Shown piece by piece: positions 20,193 to 30,921 of a DNA stretch of 42,691 nucleotides. The notes under the pieces are model-generated. The model saw only the letters and a list, made by a program, of their open reading frames with translations, made no database searches and was not told the DNA's origin. The stretch comes from Craspedostauros australis. Taxonomy: Eukaryota. The DNA is taken from the NCBI GenBank assembly GCA_030167865.1, contig JALAGF010006564.1, forward strand, positions 1 to 42,691. The letters are read 5' to 3'. The position numbers and the translations under genes were made by a program. How positions within the stretch are numbered: the first letter of the stretch is position 1; each line of letters opens with the position of its first letter.

Positions 20193-23171
20193 TCAAAAGG
20201 TTGGAAATTCGGTTCGAGTTTCGCAGACGTTGGCTGATGCGTTCCAACTGCACGATTGCATGCATAGCTCCTCGTCGGTGTATTTCGTCATGTTGATCTG
20301 AGTGCCCGACGTCGATAGAGCTGTCACGTTCGGATCATTGCAATCGGCGCAGGTCGGCACGAACCTGTTCCTGCCACAGTACGTGCACTCGCCGTGGTAA
20401 CAGGTCCTCCTTTTGCTGCGTCTCGCGAAGAGAACGGTGCCGAAATCAGAGCCAGGGCCCGGCGACGAGTCGGCGCACATAGAACAGCAGGAGCAAACCA
20501 CCGGCGGCAAGGGATCTGGCTGCGTCATGTCAGCACATTCTGTGCGGAAGAAACTCGGTACGGTCAGCGCGTTGACGCAGAAGATAGGGTCGAGGTTGCC
20601 CGTGATGTATGTGGCCATCATGTCCACAATCTCCAACTGGATCAGATTCGTGTACTGTGTTGGGATCGTCCCGTTGATGTTGGTGTTCTGCAGACGAAGC
20701 TCTTCGAGACGTAGCGCTCTTCCAAGCTCGGATGGCATCGTTCCCGAGATGGACGTATGGTCAAAATCCAAAATGAAGAGGTTCTCCAGCATCCCGATCT
20801 CTGTTGGGATGGGTCCGTCGAATCCGTTCAGGTACAAATACAGATATTCCAAATTGGCCAGGTTCCCAATCTCGGAGGGTAGTGTTCCTTTCATCTTTGC
20901 CTCAACGACATCGAATGTTTCCAGCTTGGTCATGTTCCCGACCTCCGTCGGAATCATCCCGCTCACCTGCGTTTTGTACGTCTCCCACAGTGTCAATTCG
21001 TGGAGATGAGCGATCTCGGTGGGAATTGGTCCATGCAGGTCTGTTTCTTGCAGGGAGAACTCCACCAAGTTCGTCAATCGCCCAATGTGGGTCGAGATCG
21101 TTCCGCGCAACCACAGGTTGTCGTATAGATCCAGCACTCTTAGATTGGTCAGCAAGTACAATTCGTCAGGGATGCAATCTTCATCGTCGCATTGCAAACT
21201 GTTTCCGTTCAGCACAAGATTGGTGACGAGTCCATCATCATCGCAGACGACCCCGCCGTCGCTGGTCCTCCAATCGCAATGAGTGAGAGACGGAACTAAG
21301 AAATTGTACCACAGTTGCCAACCGGTCGGCCCGCCCGTACTGTAGAACAGCACGATCAGCGCATACTCTTCCAGCAGGCGCACCATGCCGTAGTCGGTTT
21401 GCATCGGCGGCTGTTGTTCGTCGAGTCGTCGCTGCGCAACATTGGCCAAGCCCCGGTGCTGCGACAACCAATCGATGGCTCGATATTGCGGCGTCGTCGG
21501 ATCGTCGAATATCGAGCGATTGTGCAAACCCAACGCTGCCTCCAAGCTTGGAAAGATGAGGTCAACGACGGAATTGAACAGGGTGGTTGGTGCAACGGAG
21601 ATGGACGGGGTGTTGGAGGGTTGGTTGGATGGTGCCACGGAAGGTACGCGAGACGGAGCATTCGATGGTGACACCGATGGCATTGCGGACATGGACGGCG
21701 TTGATGACGGCAGAATGGAACGAGACGGCGCCATCGATGGGACTGCCGAAATGGAAGGCGCCGCGCTCTTCATCACTGTCGGCGGGGTCGTTTGGATTGA
21801 GACGCCGCCGCTGCCTGATTTGATTGTTGTGAGGGCTACCGCGGTTGCGATGGCGGCGACAATCAGAATAATGACGACGAGAAAGATCCAACGTCGTCGG
21901 CGGCGTCGCAGCTGAGTTGTGTTGACGCCATCCACAATGACTTCGCCTTGGACGGCTTCAACATCATGAGATTGATACATTGCCTGCCGCGCCGTCCGTT
22001 CTCGCAGCTCTTTCTCCATGCGTCGTTCGTATGCCTGACGAACCCGCTCCTGGACAACGACGTCGCGCTCTTCTGCAGATTGGGCCAGCACGGCGACGAG
22101 CGGCGTTTGGGACAGCCTTCCCGTACTGACGCTGTTGGAGGTGCTTTCCTGCGGATTGCCCGTGGATTGCGACCCAGCGGAACTATGTTGGATTTGATCA
22201 AGATCTTGCGACGTGCTGTTATTGACGCGATGATCTGACATGTGGTCAGCTGTGCCAGTGCCAGTGGCGGTATCGCTGTCGATATTGATGCTTGTGGCAG
22301 ACATGGATGGATTGGTTTGATTCAATGCCACAACACTGATCTGTTCGTCTGTACTTTGCTCAGGTGGTTGCACGAGACGTGCTGCATTTCGGCTGGTGTG
22401 CCGTTTGGATGGAAGTGCGTCGTCATGCTTCGTGAAGGCCGATGGCTGAATGACGCTGGCGGTCGGTTTCGAATTGGCAGTCATGGCTTTGAGATCCCTC
22501 ATGATCTCAGTGGACGTGCTTGGATGCAGCTTGGTGAGGTCCGGAACGAGCGAAGTTTGATCAACTTTACGAGGCTCGTCATCGACGTGCAGAAGGTCCT
22601 CGTCGTCTTCTTTGCCTGGCGTAGCATCGCCGTTGCTGCCTGCGGAATCACGCAACACAGCGCCATCGAGATAGATGCTATCGGCCTCCTCCATCTTGGC
22701 CATGCGACGTTGCTGCCGATGCTGCGATTCGATTGCTGAATTGCCCGCCTGCACGATGCGGTCCGTGATGGAAGATGCCTCGGCAGAACTGTTGTGGTGC
22801 TGTTTCTGGCGTCGCGCGGTGGATCGGAATGGTTGACTGTCGGCGGCCGTTGCCTGCGAGACACGGGATTGCGCATTTGCAGCGTCCTGCTTGGCTTCCT
22901 TGTTGGTACGTCTTGCGGTGGCAGCACGTATGGGGATGGCGCCTGGCTGCGTCGTGGGACGATCCGCATCGCTGGCAGTCCCCGCGATAGCTGATGCATC
23001 GGGAAGCATTGCAGGCCGACGAGAATGCTCGTGGACGTCATCGCGGACGTTGCCCGTTCGTTGCTGGCGACCGACTCTTGTGGTGGTACGAGTTGTTTCC
23101 TGGATATTGGTGGAGCGTCCACCCACCTCACCACCTTTGGCGGCCGATTCTTGCTGATCCGCTTTGCCCAT
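20193..23171 (-). CDS. Single-pass type II leucine-rich-repeat receptor-like protein (992 aa)
   Basis: Disordered N-terminus, RRRRRR followed by TM WIFLVVIILIVAAIATAVALT, PS/APS mucin-like stalk, TPQYRAIDWL and YALIVLFYSTGG..W cap, HCDW..GVVC, 24-aa plant-type LRRs (GxIPTEIGxLxxL), CSCC C-cap. Confidence 0.9.
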   Translation of the reverse strand: MGKADQQESAAKGGEVGGRSTNIQETTRTTTRVGRQQRTGNVRDDVHEHSRRPAMLPDASAIAGTASDADRPTTQPGAIPIRAATARRTNKEAKQDAANAQSRVSQATAADSQPFRSTARRQKQHHNSSAEASSITDRIVQAGNSAIESQHRQQRRMAKMEEADSIYLDGAVLRDSAGSNGDATPGKEDDEDLLHVDDEPRKVDQTSLVPDLTKLHPSTSTEIMRDLKAMTANSKPTASVIQPSAFTKHDDALPSKRHTSRNAARLVQPPEQSTDEQISVVALNQTNPSMSATSINIDSDTATGTGTADHMSDHRVNNSTSQDLDQIQHSSAGSQSTGNPQESTSNSVSTGRLSQTPLVAVLAQSAEERDVVVQERVRQAYERRMEKELRERTARQAMYQSHDVEAVQGEVIVDGVNTTQLRRRRRRWIFLVVIILIVAAIATAVALTTIKSGSGGVSIQTTPPTVMKSAAPSISAVPSMAPSRSILPSSTPSMSAMPSVSPSNAPSRVPSVAPSNQPSNTPSISVAPTTLFNSVVDLIFPSLEAALGLHNRSIFDDPTTPQYRAIDWLSQHRGLANVAQRRLDEQQPPMQTDYGMVRLLEEYALIVLFYSTGGPTGWQLWYNFLVPSLTHCDWRTSDGGVVCDDDGLVTNLVLNGNSLQCDDEDCIPDELYLLTNLRVLDLYDNLWLRGTISTHIGRLTNLVEFSLQETDLHGPIPTEIAHLHELTLWETYKTQVSGMIPTEVGNMTKLETFDVVEAKMKGTLPSEIGNLANLEYLYLYLNGFDGPIPTEIGMLENLFILDFDHTSISGTMPSELGRALRLEELRLQNTNINGTIPTQYTNLIQLEIVDMMATYITGNLDPIFCVNALTVPSFFRTECADMTQPDPLPPVVCSCCSMCADSSPGPGSDFGTVLFARRSKRRTCYHGECTYCGRNRFVPTCADCNDPNVTALSTSGTQINMTKYTDEELCMQSCSWNASANVCETRTEFPTF

Positions 23172-23536
23172 GGTTGCTCCTCATACCACGTTCCATCCGA
23201 TGGTATAAAACAATAATGTTATAGTATTATACACAGCGGTCTGCAAAGAGCGGATTTGTGGACGAGATGCTGCTGTGATGGTTGTTGCCGTGCCAAGGAA
23301 GCTTCTCTTTCTCATGGCGCGCACTGACATGATCGTCCACAACATTCACACCAACAATCAACATCACCCGTTGATGGATCATGATCTCTCCCCACATCGC
23401 AACGATCCTGTTTGTTCTCAAGGCACCGGTTGCCGATGTGTGTTTCAGGTGAACGCTGACGTTTCTTGTGGTTCGGGGTGAATGTCCTTGCCGTCGGAGC
23501 GAACAAAATCATGTTCGGGGCGAACGCGAACAATAT

Positions 23537-23633
23537 TATTCATGACTCAATCATCATGGAACATTCGAATGAATCCCAGTATTCATGACTCGAACATCAT
23601 GAATGGATCGAATGAATCTCAGTATTCATGACT
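23537..23633. repeat. 43-bp-period degenerate tandem repeat in the intergenic region between the divergent LRR genes
   Basis: TATTCATGACT at 23537, 23580 and 23623; the last two copies share TCGAATGAATCYCAGTATTCATGACT. Confidence 0.8.
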
Positions 23634-24430
23634 GAGCTGGGCCGACTCCACAAAAACGGCTTGGCGCGACGAACGGAGAATTGGGCACGATCCACAAAAT
23701 TGTGGAGGCCAAAAAGAACTCGGAAGGCACATGGCACAATAGTATCATGATGTCCGGATTTTTGTGCGGATGCGCCATTTTCGCGAAGGCGAGCGACTGT
23801 TTTTGGGTTTGTGGCGGCGACGCAGGTAGGGGGAGGTGTTTGCCTTTCTGTTGTTCTGTCGTTCCGTTGTTCTCGGATGCCTCTTTGTTGTTGTGGATGT
23901 CTGCACTCGACGAAGAAAGAGACCATGGTCGAGTCTTTGCCACAGAGAGGCATCAACCACACGGAGGCGCACCAGAACACCATAGTCACACAACACATCG
24001 CAACACATCACAACACAGAAGGATTGGTTGAGCGACAGCAAGCACATCGCAAGTCCATTGGGAGCAGCGTGCAGGTGCCTCTCCGAGTGTCCTCTGAGTG
24101 TCCCCTGGGTATCACCAACCTCTCTCTCTCTCTCTCTCTGCGTGTGTGTCTGCGTGTTCTTGGGTGAAGCCGAGGTTCCATTCCCTCCGCAGTCCATCAC
24201 TCTCCATCACTGTCCGCTACACCATTGCCCACAACTAACGACAACAGCCAACAGCCAACAGCCAACAGCCAACCCACTAACAGGCTAGCTGGCAAGTTGA
24301 GGTGCAACATCCCTCCACCCTCCACTAATACACACCACAGCTACCACAACCAGCAAGCTAGCAATACGAGTATAACAGCAACAGCAACGTTAACGGCAAC
24401 AGCAACACTGGCACCAACACGAACAGCAAG

Positions 24431-27400
24431 ATGAGAAGAGGGCTGTCAAAGGCTGCGTCGGTGAGCAACACGCGCAGCGCGTTCGCCTCGCGACGATCGC
24501 TGTACGAGAATCCGTCTCCGTCGCAGAACCTGTCTCCCAACCCCTCTGCGTCCATCGACGACGACGAGGAGCTGCAGCAGCTCCTGCAGGACATCCGCCG
24601 CATCGGCATCGAAGGCGACGCGCGCGTCACGTTCCGCGAGCTGTACTCCGATGCCGCCGTCGAGAAGTTCTACGAGGCCCTGGTGGGCATCCTGCTCAAG
24701 GCCAAGAAGCGCGGACTCATCGCCTTCTCGGGACAGATGCTGCTGCGCGGACCGCACGACAATGTCATCATCTCCATCATGCCCACGGCCTTCGCCAGTC
24801 CCAACAGCGCCAAGAAGAAGAAGCTCGACATGGGCACCAACCGCGTCAGCGTGTCGAGTCGCGCCAGCGCCTTTGGTGGCAGCGGCCATGGTCGCAGATC
24901 CAGCCTGCGCCAGTTTGGACGCGGCGCGTCGACGTCGGCCATCAACACCACCATGCCGACGCCGCCGTGGTTGGATAAGGAAAACTCGAACCAAGGCGTG
25001 AGCAAGGCGGCAGCGGAAGCGGCGGAGACGATCCGCCAGCAGGAAGCTGCCAAGGCATCGCCCGATCCATCGCCGACTCCCGCGCCTCCCACGTCGCCGC
25101 CAGCCGAGTCGCCGGTTTCGGGTGTCGAGGAAAAAGGCGAATCGCCAGCGCCAGCAGCAGTACCAGCAGCAGTACCGGCCGCGACACCGGCAGATGAAGA
25201 AGGCGATGTCGAGATTGATGACAACGAGGACGACGTTGAGATTGAAGAAGCTGACGACGTCGACATCGAATCCGAACCTGAAACAGAGCCAGAGTCGAAA
25301 TCGGAGCCTGAGCCACCATCAACACCAACACCAGAACCAACTCCAAAAGCAGAAGCAGAAAATGCAACACCCGCTGAGAAGAGAACATCGTCCGGCAGCG
25401 AAAGCGCCGCCATCACGTCCGTCATCAACGAAAGCGTCCTCAGCTTGACGAGCGATGCTGTCTACTCCGAAGACTTGCCACCCGACGATCCAAGTCAAGG
25501 CGAAATGAAACTCAATGACATTGACCCGCCCTCGACGCCGGAAAACAACATCCCGGACGACGAGGAAGAAGTGCCGCATGATGAGGAACCGCGCGGCAAG
25601 TTCTTTTACAAGAGTCCCAAACGCGATCGGGAGCTAGGGGGCAGGGCGGGGTTCTTGGCCGCCATTCCTGCCTTGAAGAAGAAGCACAGCAGCGATGAGG
25701 AAGATATCATGGATGAGGATGCGGAAAAGTCGAGGCAGGCGGCGGCCGCCGATGCGAATGCGCCCGAGATTGAGTCCAGCGCGCATGACAAGAAAGTGCC
25801 TGCGGATACGCCTGCTCCTGATACAGACACGCCTGCTCCTGCCAACATCCCCAACGACAGCACGCACGAACCACCCCTCGAACGATCCGAGAGCGGAGAA
25901 TCGTTGGAGCAAGATGAGATCTTCTCCAAACCACCATCCAACAGCGACGTCTCCTTCATGTCGCCAAACAGCTCGCAAGGCAAGCTCGGCATGAGCCTGC
26001 GCATGCGACTCAAGGAGTACGGCGCCTTGCGCAAATCCATCGCCAAAAAGGAGAGCAACAGCAGCAACCTGGATGGTCGCAGCCCGCGCAAGGCGGATGG
26101 ATCCGTGCATTCCGCTGTGCCTGCGCAGCTCGCGTCCACTCTCTCCGTCGATCTGCCCGACGACGATGGCGACGAAGATGTCAAGGCGCCATCGCCCTCG
26201 GCGGAAAGCGGTGCCACTGACACGACTCCGAAGAATGACAACACGCAAGCCAGCGTCCAAGCCGCAGATGAAGAGGCAGCAACATCTATTCCACCCAACA
26301 GCACATCGTCATCGAAGGTGGAACCCGCCGCGCCAGTCCCCACCGACGAAGCAGATGACATGGATGACTCAATGCACGACGACGATGCTGCGCTGGATTC
26401 CAAACGTGGTGAGGAGGATGCTGATATCCATCCCAAACTCGTTGCCAATCCATCCGACGAAGCCGAATTGGAAACCGACGAGCCCCTCTCCACTGCACCA
26501 GTCGATGATGATGATGAAGAAGAGATCTTGGACGATATCGCCGAAGAATCCCTGACCTCCAATGATCGCGGAATGGTCCCGAAGGCATCGCCAAGTCCGG
26601 CTGCTTCTGATGCCAACAATGATCAAGTATCGGAGGACTCCTTTGTGGAGTTAGCCGACGAAGACATCGGTTCCGAAACGGACAGGCAGGAACGACGCCC
26701 GGGGGGAGGGGTCGAAAGCACCACCACCTTCGATGAAATCATCAGTTATGACGAAGTGGAGGAGGAGCTGGTGGAAAGCGCCGATGAGGTTCCAGTCACG
26801 ACCACCGACGACGAGGAGATTATCGAAGTGACATTGCATGAGCACGAGGTTAATTCTGCCGTGGAAAGCCAAGATCGATTCGAACCCAGCGTGGAAGAGG
26901 TCGTCTACGATAGTCTTCTCGAAGATGAAAGCAATCCAGTCGAAACGGAAGTGATTGACGACGACGGCGACGATAACGAAGAGGATGAGGAGGTCACTCT
27001 GATCGAAGATGATGAGCCACAAGAGGAGGAAGGAGAGGATGAAGAACTTCTGGAAGAGGAAGATCTAGAAAACGAAGAAGAGTTCCAAGAAGAGGAAATT
27101 GAAACCACCGTGGTGACGGAGAGCGAGCGCAACAAGGCAAGTGAGCGAGGAGACCGTGGAGTTGGTACGATCTTGCCGGTTGCTGCTGCAGCCACGGAAC
27201 AGAGCAGCAGGGAAGTCGCAGAGAATCCCGACAAAGACAACGAACAATTTAATGACACATTCGAGGACCTTCGCCAAGATGGGCGACAACAAACACTCAG
27301 AACTCTTGTCGTCGAAACTGTGAAGGAAGACAAGAAGGACGGCAAGAAGGATGATTCGGAACGCAGCATCCCATCAGACATTTCCTTGTCCCAGTTCAAA

Positions 27401-29768
27401 CCCATCAGCAAGCTCGATCTTGCATCAGAATCCAGCTTTGACGGAGACAAGGAAGCAACGGCAGCAGCAACTGATGCTGCGCTCATCTCTTCACCCACCG
27501 ACGGCAGAGACGACGACGGCATGGCAGGAATGGCCCCGCTCCCGGGCGTGGAGTACACATCCGGTTCATCCCATAGCCGCAATTCATGGATGCCGCCACC
27601 CGGCGACATGGAAGTTGGCTCTGAGGAACTGGAGCAGCTGCAACGCAAGGATACCTCATGGTCCAGCAACAAGGACAAGGTTAGCAGGGTCGACTTCGCC
27701 GGATATGTCCAACCCGATACCTCCAGCTTCAAGTGGATGCCGCCCGAGGAACCGTTGGATGGCGATCAGAGCCCCGTCTACGATTCGGCCACGGACTTCA
27801 CAGACGCCGATGGTTCGGCCATGCCACCTCTCAGCCCAGTAACTACCATCAGCAACCCAGCAAGCGTCGGGCATATCCCATCCTCCAACAGAAAATTGGA
27901 AGATGTGATGGAAGGCGACGAAGAAGAGACCGAAACGGAAGAAGAGAAGACGGATCACACTTCTGGCATTCCCGATGTTCCACCAGTTGACATGCTGGAC
28001 CTAGTGGAGGCCTCCACGGAGAATCTGGGCTTCGCCGACCCATCCGAGAACAGCGGTTCCAACGAGAGCGGGGCCGCGGGCGCAACATTCAGTGCCGCAC
28101 CAAATGAGTCTTCCACCGCCCCGCTGGATTCAGGCAACAACAGTAGCAGCAACGTGGGCGGAGCCGATGGCATCCGCATCCGTGGCGACAATGGCGATGA
28201 TGGCATCCGCGTCGTCGGCGAGGGCAGCGACACTGATGCCGATGGCAGTGGTGCCATGGTCGACGTTGAGTTAGGCGACGGTGCAGCCGGTAACGGTAAT
28301 GGCGGTGCCATGGGAGCCAAGTCAAGAGGCATTGGCCTTGGAGATGACGAAGATGATGACGAAAAAGAGGAGGAAGAGGAGGAAAAGAAAAGAGGTTTCT
28401 TCGTACTTTCGGCATGTTGCTGTGGCCTTCTCATCGGAGCAGCTATCGCCTTGGCGATCTACATCCTGTTCATTGAAGATGATGACAGCAGTCCAGCCAT
28501 CCGAGCTCTTGTCACGGAGCCACCAACGCAGACCCCAAGTGTTGTGGTTCTCGATACAGCTGCGCCAACGGCAGCCGTAGTCACCGCCTCCCCCATCGTC
28601 ACGCCTCTGTTGACGTCGCCGCCGACCGCGCAGCCCACTGTGGGAACGGTGGCACCAACAGGCAGCCCGACGATAGCACCAACGCTCAGCGCAGACAACG
28701 CGGCAACCATTGCCGGGCTAATTTCATTCATCGATGACGTGTTCCCGGAAGGTGCACCTGCCCTGGCTGACACGTCATCCCCCCAGTACCAAGCCTTGCT
28801 TTTCATTTTCAACCGCATTCCCAACAACCAAGGAATCTTCGATGACTTCCGGTTCCTTCAACGCTATGCCCTCGCAACGGTGTACTACAGCACCGGGGGA
28901 ACAGAATGGAATAACTCCACGGATTGGCTCACGAGCGCCAACGAATGCGATTGGTACACTTCATCGCCTGCCGCCACGATTTGCGACGGGGGGAACAACG
29001 TGGTGGAGCTAGACCTCAGCAACAACAACCTCCGTGGTACCATGCCTATCGAGATTGCCATGCTGGCGGACAGCCTGGAAGTTATACGGATGTCCGGCAA
29101 CCGGTTGGTCGGTACGATTCCAGATATCGTCGTGGAATCTAACATCAATCTCGTGGAGTTCAGCGTCTCTGGAAATCTGTTGCGCGGGCCAATCCCAGCA
29201 ACTGTTGGGCAGTTGCAAAATCTGGCAATATTGGACTTGAGTCGGAATGGATTGAACGAAACAATTCCCTCAGAGATTGGATCTCTGGGTTCATTGGGTA
29301 AGTGCGAAGCGATGTGGAATGGAATGCTATGGTCTGCTATGCTACGAAGCGAGATGACTTGAAGCAAAGCAATTGACGCCCGTGGGCACCACCAGGAGCA
29401 ACGCACATAATCTCTCTCAATCTTCTCATCCTCACATGCGTGCTGCATTCCCCTCTTTTCCTCTCCTCTGTTCTGCTCTCTGTACCATCCTTTCCAAACG
29501 GTTTGGAACTCTGCTTCTCACCATCATTCGAGTAGTGAACTTTTCCATCGCCGAAAATGATATCACCGGGGCAATCCCACCGGAGCTTGCATCAAACATC
29601 GCAATCCAAAACCTATTCATCGATCGTACCACATTGACCTCGGGACTCCCGCCGACTTTGTGCGATAACCTGGTGAATATCCAGCAATTCTGGTCAGATT
29701 GTACGGAGATCGGTGGTTGCGAATGCTGTACCACTTGTTGCGAAGGTGACGTCTGCCTTCCTACCTAG
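24431..29768 (+). CDS. Costars-domain / acidic IDR / TM / LRR type II membrane protein; exons 24431-29297 and 29536-29768 (~1699 aa)
   Basis: Residues 43-116 match the Costars/ABRACL pattern; KKR plus TM at ~28394-28474; PT stalk; SPQYQALLF, LQRYALATVYYSTGG.EW, ECDW and LRRs (ELDLSNNNLRGTMP, ILDLSRNGLNETIPSEIG); intron GTAAGT...TAG 29298-29535 joins the last LRRs and CECCTTCC C-cap. Confidence 0.9.
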
Positions 29769-30235
29769 GCTCTATGACCAAGCGAGACAAAGAGGGAGAA
29801 AGTGAAAGAGCTAAATGGATGTAATCTATGTTCACGTCGGTGCGAGCTAAAGTGAATCTAAATGTAAACAGGAAGGAAGAAGGGAAGGACCAGGAAGCGT
29901 GTCAATGGATCGCACAGCATAGCAAGCGGTCAAAATTGCTTGAATGCAAGATTTAATATAATCTGTTACAACCATGTCATGTCACACAATCGTTTGTCCA
30001 TCGCTGCGCATAGCATTGGGCGCTTGCCTCGCCGTGCGGTCTATGGTATCCAACTCATCCCCCACAGTCAGTCTGTCTTCGATAGTGAGCCAGGTTCTCA
30101 ACTATTCTATGCCTGTCCACCATGATGAAGTAGACCAAAATACACCAGCACATCGATAGACACAGTGTGCTGCTCATTGCACACTCCTAGCTTTGCCAGA
30201 CTCAACTGAAAGACAATGCATCATTCTGCAACATG

Positions 30236-30921
30236 GCCAATCTTGCTGTCGAACCACTTGCCGGAGACAGGATCAATGCATGGCTTCGTTACCACTGCAA
30301 GAAACATCATCTTTTTGATTGTAGTTGTGGCTGTGTTGCTGTACTGTGAGTGGGTTCTTCATCCATGATATACTATTGCCCGCATGTGGTCAAGTGAACA
30401 AACAACCACTTCTCATCCACATGGACAACATCATCCAAACTCTGAAACAGCCCATCATTTGCAATGTGATTGATGCAAAAGCATAGATGATCTGCCTAGT
30501 GCTTCTCTGAGAGCCCAAATATGTTGTTAATACAATGCCTTGTTGCGATTTTCATATTGAATAGTGTAGTTGGTGACACACCAATGGCAGCATCAGCTGC
30601 ACAAAGGGTTGCTGCATCATTGTTGTTAAAGTGTTGTAGGTGTTCTTTCAGGTCCTCTTGGTCCCACTTCCATGCTCTACCACAAGGACCACAATGCAAC
30701 AGCAAGCTCCAAGATGATTGGAAGTTGCTGGCCACAGTCTTTCTCATGTTGGTCATCATTTTCTGGACTGTGGCATGATAAACATCGTAGTGCGCCACCG
30801 GATGATCGAGTGCCCTGTCCTTGCAACAGCCATTGACTTGTGAAAGCAAGAGTGTCACCATGATCTGAATCCGTTCGTCTGCAGACAAGTGCTCCCTCTT
30901 CTTGCGTTCCATCGATTCCAT
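30236..30921 (-). mobile_element. Degenerate Tc1/mariner DD39D-type (plant-mariner-like) transposase relic, 3'-truncated
   Basis: Minus-strand translation gives an HTH-like N-terminus, then DDVVHVDEKWLF (30406-30423), EEPTH and, after a frameshift, IKKMMFLAVVTKPCIDPVSGKWFDSKIG, matching the family motifs VHIDEKWF and KVMFL.AVARPR...FDGKIG. In-frame stops at 30496 and 30373. Confidence 0.8.

Noticed and set aside
23537..23633. CRISPR-like repeat-spacer array
   Set aside because: Eukaryotic context, only an 11-bp core in three copies, intervening sequences are related to each other, no cas genes
29298..29535. ORF-track C-terminus GKCEAMWNGMLWSAMLRSEMT and a separate 131-aa ORF at 29373
   Set aside because: Both are read-through into a GT-AG intron; splicing joins them into one LRR protein
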